This document shows, piece by piece, positions 51,054-51,365 of a stretch of DNA of 51,365 nucleotides. Source of the stretch: Candidatus Hodarchaeota archaeon. GTDB lineage: Archaea > Asgardarchaeota > Lokiarchaeia > Sigyniarchaeales > SOKP01. Both the position numbers and the translations under genes were made by a program. The stretch lies in contig JBHLKM010000023.1 of the NCBI GenBank assembly GCA_048886685.1, positions 1-51,365 on the forward strand. The letters are read 5' to 3'. Within the stretch, counting starts at the first letter, position 1, and every line of letters starts with the position of its first letter. Below the pieces are notes generated by a model. The model ran no database searches. It had not been told where the DNA came from and worked only from the letters and a program-made list of their open reading frames with translations.

Positions 51054-51365
51054 TCCTTATTTAAATGATTGTTTTAAAAATTTAATTTATTAATTATGAC
51101 GATTTTACCACAAAGACTCTTTCTCGAAATTACATCAGAATGTAGGCAAAAATGCTTCCATTTATCTTTAACATATATTTTTATAGTGTGTTATCTTGTT
51201 TGAGAAGTAGTTATCTGGTAGCGAACTTATTTATCTTTACAGAAACTTTCGAAATTATTTAATAAAACCAAAAAATCAATCCCCCTCCTCCTTATCATCA
51301 AAATCTGCTGCTAAAAGTTTATTAGTTATTTGTTGAATACTTAAAGAAACCATATCTAAGTTAGC

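Noticed and set aside
51100-51365. Possible degraded minus-strand coding sequence at the window end
   Set aside because: Short broken frames with no recognisable family, truncated by the window edge.

Overview
This is an AT-rich prokaryotic window with many TTG/GTG starts, a Rab-like small GTPase, an archaeal-type geranylgeranyl reductase and many stand-alone metabolic genes. The gene content points to an Asgard archaeon (Lokiarchaeia/Promethearchaeia); this is an inference. Most of the window is an accessory catabolic, redox and lipid region: GapN, PepD, class II photolyase, racemase, a UbiA/flavodoxin/Lrp/GGR/radical SAM group, MFS transporters, hydrolases, tandem arylsulfatases, a class III aminotransferase and an OYE. 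The intergenic DNA contains many recognisable gene remnants and dispersed duplications (RNase HI x3, NERD, CPBP, DUF523, Fe-S, SCP2, CCG), indicating heavy local rearrangement. The best candidate for an undescribed system is the two-gene operon at 48229-51053. It encodes a C2HC zinc-finger/coiled-coil/wHTH protein and an AAA+ ATPase fused to an Mrr-like PD-QxK nuclease and a wHTH. No tRNA, rRNA, CRISPR array or transposase was recognised. All family calls come from reading motifs by eye, not from database searches.
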